Source of the DNA: an uncultured Candidatus Saccharibacteria bacterium
GTDB taxonomy: Bacteria; Patescibacteriota; Andersenbacteria; UBA10190
DNA: 64,000 bases
Assembly (NCBI GenBank): GCA_964610055.1
Contig: CAZSUC010000001.1
Location: forward strand, 431,912-495,911
Direction of reading: 5' to 3'
A program made the translations under genes and the position numbers. Of this stretch, positions 11,400-20,146 are shown piece after piece. The stretch's first letter is position 1. Each line of letters begins with the position of its first letter. Below the pieces are notes generated by a model. The model made no database searches, had not been told where the DNA came from, and worked only from the letters and a program-made list of their open reading frames with translations.

Positions 11400-11489
11400 A
11401 ATAATTGCTTGTTTAAAAATAAAATTTTGAGGTGGAATTTCGTAATTCCTGTCTAGTTTATTAGCATCTCTGCCAACACCAGACACCAA

Positions 11490-13475
11490 TTACGAAAACT
11501 CTCGAGGATTATCAACGTATTTACTTACCCTTCCTAAAGGCTTATAAGCCGTTCCTCCTCCGTCCATAAACTTCGGAAAGAATTCCACAAATTGTAATCT
11601 TCCGGAATGAATAAAAGCGCCTAAGGAATTAATTCCCAAATTAAATACATGTCCCACTAATAACACGACTGCCGCAATTAAAAATCCGACTCCTGGCACC
11701 ATGTCGATTACCATGCCGCCAATCAGATTTACAACTAGACCAATAATTCCTGTTGCTAAACCTAAAGCTAACAAGCGCGAATAGCTCAAAATATCACTTA
11801 AAAAGCCTATTAAACCGTATAAACTTAATAATCCTGATCCAAGTTTAATAATGATATTTTTTTGTTTTCGTCCTTGAGTCAAAACTAAAACAGCTGCATT
11901 TATTTCCACCCAAATTAACATTATTTTCTCCCAGGACATAGGTAAATAACCTAATTTTGCTCCCGCCCATGCCAAGATACCCAGGATCATGGTGATCCAG
12001 GCATAGCTATCGAAAATCGCACTGAATCGATCCCCTTTTCGCCAAGAATCATATCCTTTTACTACTCGAGCAAAAAGTAATTGCACGATTCCCAATGCAA
12101 AAGCGACCATCAACAAAGTAATTGGTTCACCCACCGGATCGATTAACTTAATCTTGAGTAAGATATCTTTAATTGCACTTGGCGGTAAGTTTTCTAGTGT
12201 AATTCCAAACCATCCGCCCGTTAACGCTCCTAGAATTACAGTAAAGAACCCGGCATAGAATAACAATCGCACCATTTTCTTCAATGATCGCTTGAGACGG
12301 AAAAACTTTTCTGCAGCTGCCATGCTAATCATTAACACTATTCCGTATCCAGCATCAGTGAGTGCTAATCCAAAAGCAAGCAAGAAAAATATTGATAAGG
12401 CTGGCGATGGATCGAGCTCATTGTATTGCGGCTTACCATAAATATCCGTGACTGCTTCAAAAGGACGCATTAGTGAACTGTTTGCGAATAAAACCGGCGG
12501 ATTTTCATCTGGTGAATTTTGCACTGATTCAATCGCCGCTGCGGGAAAAATGCGTTCCAAATCATTAGTAAAAGACTGTAATCGATCTTTTGGTATCCAG
12601 CCTTCTAAAACTGTAGTAAATGGTAGTGCAGCTATATTCTGCGATAACGCCTCTCTTTCTTGGCGATGTAGCAAAGCATCGTATGCAAATTTCAAATTTC
12701 TTTCTTGTTGTAAATAGCTTTGAGCACGCGCCATCTCTTCGGTGTATGCCGTTTCATTTTTCTGTAATTTTTGTTCTAAATGACGCAAACGATCAGCCGG
12801 AGTCTCCGTTGTATGAAGTGTCAGTGTGACAACATTAGCACTAATTTCTCCTAAAGCCTTATCTAATAAAGCCTTATCCTTATTCTCGGCAATAACTTCA
12901 ATATATAAAGTCCCCTGTTTCTTGACTTCAACCTTATGCACAATTTGCCAAACAGCCGTTGGCACTTGCTCAAATACAGTGTTAAGTCGCTCCTCTTCTG
13001 CTAATGGTGCGACAGCCAAAAGCTGAGTTGTTGTTTTTGTGCCTCCTAAATCTTGACCCAATAAAGCCAGATTCACCCACGGAGCAACTAAATCTTTCTC
13101 TTCGGTTAAGGCTTGTTTCTCTGCTACTAATTCCGCCAGACCGTCACTCATGACACGGATATTTTCTAGCAATTTATCTAAACCTAACTGATTTATAATC
13201 TTTTCTAACTCATCTAAGCTCGCCGTTGGCTTACCAGCAAACATGTCACGCCATGACCGTTTTTCCGGCATAGACAACTCTCGTCTAATTCTTTGCATGA
13301 ACTCCAAAGCAAACTGAATTTGAGCTAATTGATATCCAGTCGGGGTTGTGGCAGCCTCGTTCTGATTTTGCAACGGAATAATATGAACTATTTCTTCGTC
13401 TTGCAGCCAACGCAAACATTTCGCTGTGTCTTTAGCTGGAATAGCAATCTGAATTTTTTGCATCGGCGCTATCAT
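11490..13475 (-). CDS. ntpI: A/V-type ATPase subunit I (a)
   Basis: YGKPQYNELDP, DAGYG, DILSYSRLLALGL, HSGRLQFVEFF. Confidence 0.97.
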   Translation of the reverse strand: MIAPMQKIQIAIPAKDTAKCLRWLQDEEIVHIIPLQNQNEAATTPTGYQLAQIQFALEFMQRIRRELSMPEKRSWRDMFAGKPTASLDELEKIINQLGLDKLLENIRVMSDGLAELVAEKQALTEEKDLVAPWVNLALLGQDLGGTKTTTQLLAVAPLAEEERLNTVFEQVPTAVWQIVHKVEVKKQGTLYIEVIAENKDKALLDKALGEISANVVTLTLHTTETPADRLRHLEQKLQKNETAYTEEMARAQSYLQQERNLKFAYDALLHRQEREALSQNIAALPFTTVLEGWIPKDRLQSFTNDLERIFPAAAIESVQNSPDENPPVLFANSSLMRPFEAVTDIYGKPQYNELDPSPALSIFFLLAFGLALTDAGYGIVLMISMAAAEKFFRLKRSLKKMVRLLFYAGFFTVILGALTGGWFGITLENLPPSAIKDILLKIKLIDPVGEPITLLMVAFALGIVQLLFARVVKGYDSWRKGDRFSAIFDSYAWITMILGILAWAGAKLGYLPMSWEKIMLIWVEINAAVLVLTQGRKQKNIIIKLGSGLLSLYGLIGFLSDILSYSRLLALGLATGIIGLVVNLIGGMVIDMVPGVGFLIAAVVLLVGHVFNLGINSLGAFIHSGRLQFVEFFPKFMDGGGTAYKPLGRVSKYVDNPREFS

Positions 13476-13481
13476 GGCGGC

Positions 13482-13802
13482 TTAGTTTAAATATTCAGCT
13501 TCAAACAATTCAACAATTTGTTCCACTGTTTTCTTGCGGTTTTTATCTGCTATTTTTTTCACTGATTCGACCGCTTTCTTCCCTGCTGCCACTAACTGCC
13601 CCACATCATTATGATCCTTAGTTATTCGTTCCTTAAGCACTGCTTCTGCTCGTGTTTCTGCTCTTTGTCTTACTTCAGCTAACATCGTCTTTTCATGCGC
13701 TAGCATATCTGCAATTTCTTGCTTGGATGTGTCTTCCGCTTGCTTGATTTGTTGTTGCGCTTCTTGTTCTACAACTTTCACTTTGTCTAATAGCGTTTCC
13801 AT
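13482..13802 (-). CDS. A/V-type ATPase subunit G/H (peripheral stalk)
   Basis: 106-aa coiled coil at the head of the operon. Confidence 0.75.
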   Translation of the reverse strand: METLLDKVKVVEQEAQQQIKQAEDTSKQEIADMLAHEKTMLAEVRQRAETRAEAVLKERITKDHNDVGQLVAAGKKAVESVKKIADKNRKKTVEQIVELFEAEYLN

Positions 13803-13827
13803 ATATGTTTTAGTTAACCATATATTT

Positions 13828-13909
13828 AAAAACCGGCATCATCACTTCCCGCCGGCTCGCTTCTTCATCGAAGCAGCCACATTCTATACATCCACCTGTT
13901 TATTGTCAA
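13828..13909 (-). promoter_or_regulatory. Sigma70 promoter of the ATPase operon, followed by a leader terminator hairpin
   Basis: TTGACA (13909-13904), 17 bp, TAGAAT (13886-13881); then AGCCGGC...GCCGGTTTTT before ATG 13802. Confidence 0.6.
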
Positions 13910-13948
13910 GATCAGTTAATCTTGCAAATTATCAAATTTTATGGCCTT

Positions 13949-14938
13949 TTACTTTCGTTTATATGCCTTTTGGATAGCCACCATGATTGCTTCAGCATCA
14001 AGGTGATATTTTTTGAGTAATTGTTCTGGTTCACCCGATTCCCCAAAGGTATTTTGCATGCCAACCATTTCCATTGGGACTGGGTAATCACGCACTACCA
14101 CTTCTGCAATCGCACCGCCAACACCAGCCATGACTTGGTGTTCCTCTACTGTCACAATTGCGCCGCATTCACGCGCTGCTTTTTCAATTGTATCAGCATC
14201 TATTGGCTTAATACTGGGAGAATTTATCACACGCACTGAAATTCCTTTTTCTATCAACCGATCGGCGGCTTGTAGGGCCGCATACATAATTGGGCCGGCT
14301 CCAATCACGGCCACATCTTTGCCATCGCGTAAAGTTATCGCTTTCCCCCAAGCAAAGGGTGTTTTTGCCGTGGTTATCACTGGTGACTTTGCTCGTCCTA
14401 ATCGCATATAGACTGGCCCAGTTCGAGCTGCAGCCGCATGGACAACTTTACGCGCTTCTTCTGCATCCATCGGCACCGCCACAGTCATATTCGGCAGTAC
14501 CCGCATTAAGGCGATATCCTCTAAAGCTTGATGTGTTGCTCCGTCCGGGCCAACTGTTACTCCGCTATGTGCCCCAGCAATTTTTACATTTGCTTTGTTG
14601 TAACACACCGATACTCGAATTTGATCCCAAGTTCGTCCAGGAGAAAAAACCGCATAAGTTGAAGCAAATGGTATCTTACCCTGCAAAGCCATACCCGCCG
14701 CAACGGTAATCATGTTCTGCTCTGCTACTCCGGTCTCAATGAACCGATGCGGAAACATTTTGGCAAACTTATCGACTCTAGTTGATTCAGCTAAATCAGC
14801 GCACAAAGCCACGACTTGACGATTATGCTCAGCTATCTCGGTTAAACCAACTCCATAACCATCTCTAGTGGCGGCTTGTTCGGCATGTCCTCCTAGGGCT
14901 TTAACGGCTAAATATGCGGCTTTATTTATTATCGCCAT
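13949..14938 (-). CDS. Transketolase C-terminal subunit
   Basis: ATRDGYG, GVAEQNM, GPDGATHQ, VTVEEHQ. Confidence 0.95.
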   Translation of the reverse strand: MAIINKAAYLAVKALGGHAEQAATRDGYGVGLTEIAEHNRQVVALCADLAESTRVDKFAKMFPHRFIETGVAEQNMITVAAGMALQGKIPFASTYAVFSPGRTWDQIRVSVCYNKANVKIAGAHSGVTVGPDGATHQALEDIALMRVLPNMTVAVPMDAEEARKVVHAAAARTGPVYMRLGRAKSPVITTAKTPFAWGKAITLRDGKDVAVIGAGPIMYAALQAADRLIEKGISVRVINSPSIKPIDADTIEKAARECGAIVTVEEHQVMAGVGGAIAEVVVRDYPVPMEMVGMQNTFGESGEPEQLLKKYHLDAEAIMVAIQKAYKRK

Positions 14939-14939
14939 A

Positions 14940-15770
14940 CTAAAAAATATTATCTAACTCTTTTAAAGCTTTTTCAGCTTGTTTCGGAGTTGGCGGCATT
15001 CCGTGCCAACGATAGTCATGCTCCATGAAACTCACACCTTTCCCTGGAATAGTGTGCGCTAAAATCAAAACCGGTGATTCAATAATCGCATGCGCTTCAC
15101 TGCAAGCATCAATAATCTGCTCCATGTTGTGTCCGTCAATTTCAATCACGTGCCAACCAAATGCTTCAAACTTATCTTTAATCGGCTCTTTGCTCATAAC
15201 TGACTCTGTGTCTCCGTCAATCTGAATATTATTCCGATCTAAAATTGCTGTTAATCGTCCTAAGCGATAATGACTAGCAAACGCTGCTGCTTCCCAAGTT
15301 GAGCCTTCATCTAATTCGCCATCAGAAATAACACAGTAAGTCTCATATTTCAGTCCATCTAATTTTCCGGCTAAAGCGCAGCCAGATGCTAAACTCAGAC
15401 CTTGTCCTAAACTTGCCGCAGAAGATTCTACTCCCGGCACAGTTAGTCGATCCAAATGTCCTTGTAAACGCGTTCCTAACTTACGCAGTGACGCTAATTC
15501 TTCAATAGGAAAAAATCCTGCTCTCGCTAAAGCCGCGTACCACACCGGAGCCGTATGGCCGCAAGACACAAACAAGCGATCTCGTTCTGGATCTGATTTT
15601 GTTTGCGGCGAAACATTCAAAATATGAAAATACAAAGCAGTCACAATATCGGCCAACCCTAATGGACCCGCGGTATGTCCTGATCCTGCCGCAGCTAACA
15701 TCTTAATAACGTCACGACGCAAAGTTAGCGCCATTCGCGTTAAGTCTTCCAAAGTAGACAGTTTTTGCAT
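14940..15770 (-). CDS. Transketolase N-terminal subunit
   Basis: AGSGH, RLQGH, SLGQG, SDGELDEGSTWEA (ThDP motif); start taken at ATG 15770. Confidence 0.93.
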   Translation of the reverse strand: MQKLSTLEDLTRMALTLRRDVIKMLAAAGSGHTAGPLGLADIVTALYFHILNVSPQTKSDPERDRLFVSCGHTAPVWYAALARAGFFPIEELASLRKLGTRLQGHLDRLTVPGVESSAASLGQGLSLASGCALAGKLDGLKYETYCVISDGELDEGSTWEAAAFASHYRLGRLTAILDRNNIQIDGDTESVMSKEPIKDKFEAFGWHVIEIDGHNMEQIIDACSEAHAIIESPVLILAHTIPGKGVSFMEHDYRWHGMPPTPKQAEKALKELDNIF

Positions 15771-15830
15771 GGAGGCAGAAGGAATAAGCTCTTTGTATAT
15801 TACACTGCTCCCGCCCCTCCTCACAACTCC

Positions 15831-16529
15831 TTAAGCTTGTTCGCCTTCCGCCGCTTCTCCTCTGGCACCCGCTTCCGCTAATAATTGTAATTGTTCTAAG
15901 TTTTCACTTGCATTGCCTGCGCCAAAAATAGCCGTATTTGCACACAAGATTCTGGCTCCACTATCAACATAATTGCCGATCGTTTCTTTATCTACGTGTC
16001 CATCTACAGCAATCCGAATATTTGGATGCTTATCATGAAAAGCGCCAATTTTACGATATACGTCTGGATTTAAAGGTTGATTCGCCCATCCCGGATTGTA
16101 TCCCATAAACAAGACGTAATTTACTAAGCCCAAATATTCTTCAATCCAATCAGCCGGACTTTCCGGATTCAATGCCAAAGCTAATTCGCTAGTCGTTTTC
16201 TCTTTCAAACGTGCAAATGTCATTTCAATATCGCTAGTACCTTCAAATGCTTCAACATGAAAAATACATCGGGCCGGATTCAAATCAATAATATCGTCAA
16301 TAAAATTGCTGGGTGTATGTACCATTAAATGCAATTCTGCTTTCTCACTTTGCGGCAACTGCTTAAATCGACGTATGTCTCGAAAAGTTCCCTCTCCTGC
16401 AAAGATACCGTCAGTGACGTCTAACTGGATATGATCTGCTTTTGTGACAATAGTTTTCCAATCTTGTTCAATATCTTCAAAATTTTTTCTTAAAATTGCT
16501 GGAACAACTTCGACTTCTATCATATGCAT
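15831..16529 (-). CDS. rpe: Ribulose-phosphate 3-epimerase
   Basis: PAIL, QLDVTDGIF, ELHLMV, LFMGYNPG, IAVDG. Confidence 0.88.
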   Translation of the reverse strand: MHMIEVEVVPAILRKNFEDIEQDWKTIVTKADHIQLDVTDGIFAGEGTFRDIRRFKQLPQSEKAELHLMVHTPSNFIDDIIDLNPARCIFHVEAFEGTSDIEMTFARLKEKTTSELALALNPESPADWIEEYLGLVNYVLFMGYNPGWANQPLNPDVYRKIGAFHDKHPNIRIAVDGHVDKETIGNYVDSGARILCANTAIFGAGNASENLEQLQLLAEAGARGEAAEGEQA

Positions 16530-16541
16530 TAATAAAATTAG

Positions 16542-16997
16542 TTATAAATTCTTTTCTTCGTATGTATGTACTTTTTGCACGCGTCGTTGATGCCTCTCTG
16601 CTGCTGAAAAAGGTGTTTTAAGCCACGCCTGAACCACTGTTTTAGCTTGATCGGGTGTAATATGTTTTGCTCCCAGCGTTAATATATTTACATCATCGTC
16701 ACGTTGAGCCGTTTGCGCGATTTCGGGATCATAAATCATAGCCGCCCGAATCCCCTTCACCTTATTAGCCGCGATATTCATGCCAATCCCTGTCCCGCAT
16801 ACTAAAATGCCTCTCCTGTTCTTCTCATCAGCCGCCACCCATTCTGCTACCGGCCAAGCATAGTCTGGATAATCGTCTTGTGGATCCAGATCTTGTGGTC
16901 CCAAGTCTTTAACAGTGAATCCTTGTTCACTTAACCAGCTCACTAGCTGGTTTTTTAATTCCCATCCGTTATGGTCAGATGCTAAAGATAACTCCAT
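16542..16997 (-). CDS. rpiB: Ribose-5-phosphate isomerase B
   Basis: ASDHNG, DDYPD, CGTGIGM, ANKVKGIRA, RHQRR. Confidence 0.95.
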   Translation of the reverse strand: MELSLASDHNGWELKNQLVSWLSEQGFTVKDLGPQDLDPQDDYPDYAWPVAEWVAADEKNRRGILVCGTGIGMNIAANKVKGIRAAMIYDPEIAQTAQRDDDVNILTLGAKHITPDQAKTVVQAWLKTPFSAAERHQRRVQKVHTYEEKNL

Positions 16998-17097
16998 GCT
17001 GTCACCATAACAAAAACCTACCTACTCCGCCAATTACTGTTTTCAAAAATGGCGTTACGCGGTAAAATATTTATATAAACAAAGGAGGTGATCATGC

Positions 17098-17301
17098 ATG
17101 AAATCTAATGCTTTAACAATGGTTGCCATGACATTGGTAATAATTGGTGGTTTAAATTGGGGGCTAATCGGCCTCTTTAATTTTGACTTAGTGGCTGTTA
17201 TTTTTGGTGATATGACTGCGATCACTCGCACCGTTTACGCTCTCGTTGGTGTTGCCGCAGTTGTCATGGCTGTTGCCCTTCCTAAAATGAAGGCCGAATA
17301 A
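17098..17301 (+). CDS. DUF378 small membrane protein
   Basis: LVIIGGLNWGLIG..FDLV..IFG..RTVYALVG; SD aaaggaggtga. Confidence 0.92.
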   Translation: MKSNALTMVAMTLVIIGGLNWGLIGLFNFDLVAVIFGDMTAITRTVYALVGVAAVVMAVALPKMKAE

Positions 17302-17321
17302 CTGCTTAAAACAGCGGTTTT

Positions 17322-17357
17322 CCAAAAGCCCGTTATAATTCGGGTTTTTGGTTTTTT
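17322..17357 (+). terminator. Intrinsic terminator; approximate left edge of the island
   Basis: ccaaaagcccg..cgggtttttgg hairpin followed by a T tract. Confidence 0.65.
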
Positions 17358-17370
17358 ATTACTTCTTCAA

Positions 17371-17632
17371 TCATCTGAATACATCACTCTTCTTCTTGAA
17401 AAAAGAGCCTTTGTGAAGACGATAAGCAAGCCTATCATCAAGGTGACGCATCGGGGTGCCAATCAACTGCCTGCACTGGGGACATGTCAGGTTCTCCATA
17501 TCTTGCGGGCACTGAATGTCCGCCCGTCCCTGTAGCTCCGATAAGTGAAGTTGAGAGAAACCTAGCTGTTCCTCCGTGCTCCTTACGATACCTGTCATTC
17601 TTCAGCGTGAACTGTTGTTTCGGTTGTGACAT
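17371..17632 (-). pseudogene. Frameshifted, internally deleted small Zn-ribbon protein
   Basis: N-terminal part (KNDRYRKEHGGTARFL) and C-terminal part (NLTCPQCRQLIG..RLAYRL) sit in different frames; family resemblance is from memory. Confidence 0.5.
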
Positions 17633-17638
17633 GGTTTT

Positions 17639-18445
17639 TTAATTAACTTTGTTAGTACATCCAGCGTCAATTAGTTGTTGCTGATATTGAGCTCTGTATT
17701 GAAATAGCGCAATTTGCTCCTCGGCACTCGAACTAAACTGATTACTATGAGAGGCGAGAAATTCATTCCTTAGGTCATACCATTCGCCAGCAGCAGCGTC
17801 GCATGCTTGCCGGTGCTTAAGTTCAAGCGCCGCAATGTCTGCATCATACTTAGTCTTTTCCTCTGCCTGCTTGTTCAACTCTTCTTGGTGTGCATTTAAT
17901 TTATCCATACACTCTTGCGCAGTAATATAGTAATAATTCGTGCCAACATGACAACTCATCTTCATTGGCGTGTATGCTGGTACATCAACTGGCTCGTCGG
18001 TTGGCGTAGCTTTAGGCGTAGCTTTTGCTGCCTTAGCTTGCTTTGCGTATAAGGCATCACATTCCGTTGTCCAAACAACCTGCCATTTCCCAGAAGCAAC
18101 TTCGCATTCTGTTTTTGTGCCAGCGCATTCACTTTGTTTGATGGCTAGTGTGCCTACATGAGGATATTCACAATTCACAATCGGGTCAGCATCTACAATG
18201 GGTGATGATTTGCTGGTTTTGGCACTAAGTACCGCTGGATTTGATGTGGATTTTGTTGGGAAAGACGGGCTAATGCTTATAGTGGGTGCAATTGAAGGAG
18301 CTATAGGGACGGTTGCTATAGCTTCGCTCTTCACATTCAATTGTTGCTCAATTCTGTTATTTACCACATTACCAACACCAAAAATTAGACCTCCCGTAAT
18401 AGTACAGGCCAACACCGTTCCAATCATATTACTATGCAGCATCAT
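17639..18445 (-). CDS. Secreted or membrane-anchored Cys-rich hypothetical protein
   Basis: N-terminal hydrophobic segment, S/T/P linker, paired Cys. Confidence 0.75.
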   Translation of the reverse strand: MMLHSNMIGTVLACTITGGLIFGVGNVVNNRIEQQLNVKSEAIATVPIAPSIAPTISISPSFPTKSTSNPAVLSAKTSKSSPIVDADPIVNCEYPHVGTLAIKQSECAGTKTECEVASGKWQVVWTTECDALYAKQAKAAKATPKATPTDEPVDVPAYTPMKMSCHVGTNYYYITAQECMDKLNAHQEELNKQAEEKTKYDADIAALELKHRQACDAAAGEWYDLRNEFLASHSNQFSSSAEEQIALFQYRAQYQQQLIDAGCTNKVN

Positions 18446-18446
18446 A

Positions 18447-19157
18447 CTAATGCGATTGCAAGTAGCCGACCAAGCTGTAGGTATTAATACCAGAGGAGAG
18501 AAATGAGTTTGTTGTTAGATAACCAATAAAGGTGTTGCCAAGAAAAATTCTAGGTGGAGTAGATGTGTAGTTATTGAATGGGCTTTGTGATGAGTAAGCC
18601 CCACCATATCGACCATATTCATTGAAGATGCTTTTTGAGGAGTATTTACTTCCATAGGTTCCGTACGAATTAATAATAGAATTAGAGCTGTACTGATTCG
18701 AGGAAATAAGCCCTAGATATGTGCCATCATTGGCAATAAGCACGCCTATCCCATCAAGTTGAACAAATACATCAGAAAGTGTTAGTAATGGAGCAACACT
18801 TGCCACAGTTGAAGTACTGTTAGTTTTAGGGGTAACGCTTACGGCTTTCTTAGCGCTAGTATCTGGCATTGTAAGGCCTTTAGCCTTCTGAAACGCCATA
18901 GCCCCCTTCAAGGCTTCTTCTGTCTTTTTGTCGGTTCTAGCTCGCTTCTTCCAATATTCGCTTTCCATCGCATTTATTTTTTTACTAAAAACCTCACCAA
19001 AAATACGCTCAACAACTAATGGCACGTTTTTGTTGGGAATCAAATCCGAATCTTGTTGCGTTGCCGCAAGTCCATCTATAGGCCAAACAAACATCAACAA
19101 ACCAGTTGCTAATATTATAAATACGCCTTTTCTAAAATCTGTATTTAGTGGATTCAT
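18447..19157 (-). CDS. Secreted hypothetical protein with a Tyr/Gly/Ser-rich C-terminal domain
   Basis: Signal-like N-terminus; SIINSYGTYGSKYSSKSIFNEYGRYGGAYSSQSPFN. Confidence 0.8.
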   Translation of the reverse strand: MNPLNTDFRKGVFIILATGLLMFVWPIDGLAATQQDSDLIPNKNVPLVVERIFGEVFSKKINAMESEYWKKRARTDKKTEEALKGAMAFQKAKGLTMPDTSAKKAVSVTPKTNSTSTVASVAPLLTLSDVFVQLDGIGVLIANDGTYLGLISSNQYSSNSIINSYGTYGSKYSSKSIFNEYGRYGGAYSSQSPFNNYTSTPPRIFLGNTFIGYLTTNSFLSSGINTYSLVGYLQSH

Positions 19158-19209
19158 GGTAATTTAACTGGTCTATTTAGATACTTTTGGTATACCACTC
19201 TTAGAGAAA

Positions 19210-19240
19210 AGCTACAAGCTGTATGTAGACCGTATGTAGC
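19210..19240 (+). promoter_or_regulatory. Putative operator of the XRE regulator
   Basis: GCTACA...TGTAGC inverted repeat enclosing two gtatgtag copies 11 bp apart, upstream of ATG 19262. Confidence 0.45.
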
Positions 19241-19261
19241 ACAAGGAAGACGCTTAAATTA

Positions 19262-19465
19262 ATGACCGACATACGAACTAAGTTTGGTAAACGAATCCAG
19301 AAGCTACGTCTTTCGCGAGGTATATCGCAAGAAAAGCTTGCTCACTCCGTAGGCGTACATCGAACCTACATGGGATTCGTGGAGCGTGGCGAACGAAACC
19401 CCACTCTGACCAAAATTGAACGCATAGCTAAAACCCTTGATGTTTCGATACGGGATTTATTTTAG
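19262..19465 (+). CDS. XRE-family HTH regulator (similar to RM controller C proteins)
   Basis: FGKRIQKLR..SQEKLA..HRTYMGFVERGERNPTL. Confidence 0.9.
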   Translation: MTDIRTKFGKRIQKLRLSRGISQEKLAHSVGVHRTYMGFVERGERNPTLTKIERIAKTLDVSIRDLF

Positions 19466-19736
19466 CGTCCAATAACAAACTTACGCCTAATTGCTCAGAA
19501 GGCTATCATCTATTTTGATCATGGTGCCAAAAAAGACTTGAGAATTGATTCCTCTGTTTCTAATAAGTTTGAGCCAGAAAAAACGGCGTACAATATGTAC
19601 AAAATAGCGAATCTAGAAAAATCATGGGACCTAAGTCCGGATCAGTTCGCCACCTTGGTTTCGAACCAAAAAAGAGATACCAGGAGCGGAAAATAAGAGG
19701 GTCTTGAGAGGTGTTTAGGACGGACTTTCGAACCGA

Positions 19737-19788
19737 AAATGAGACAGTTTGAGACACTATAAAAAAGAGGGTGTTTCGTGTCTCATTT
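19737..19788. repeat. TGAGACA direct and inverted repeat cluster
   Basis: aaatgagaca (19737-46), tgagacac (19750-57), gtgtctcattt (19778-88). Confidence 0.55.
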
Positions 19789-19819
19789 ATTGGACTTTGC
19801 AAATATTTTGTGGCCTAAC

Positions 19820-20146
19820 CTACTTTGATCTAGGCGAACAAACAAACCAATCTTGGTTCTTCGGGTTTACCCGCTCAAACTCAATTCCATTCCATTCATA
19901 AAGCAAGCAATACCAGGATTCATCAGCATGTAAACTACTCACATCACGAGCAATTACATCATCGCTTAGCTTTTCAAACTTTCGCTCCTCACCATTTAGT
20001 AAAGTGTAATCCGTTACTTCAACCTTAAAGGCAATTTCAATTCCCCCCTTCGCTTCATTTGAGTATATCCCTCCTTTACGGATCATGATGCTGGGTTCTC
20101 CTGTCGACCAATTGAATTTCTCGTCTTTATCCATAGCACTACTCAA
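19820..20146 (-). CDS. Hypothetical protein coupled to the TIR gene
   Basis: ATGA overlap with the TIR gene stop at 20143-20146. Confidence 0.7.
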   Translation of the reverse strand: MSSAMDKDEKFNWSTGEPSIMIRKGGIYSNEAKGGIEIAFKVEVTDYTLLNGEERKFEKLSDDVIARDVSSLHADESWYCLLYEWNGIEFERVNPKNQDWFVCSPRSK

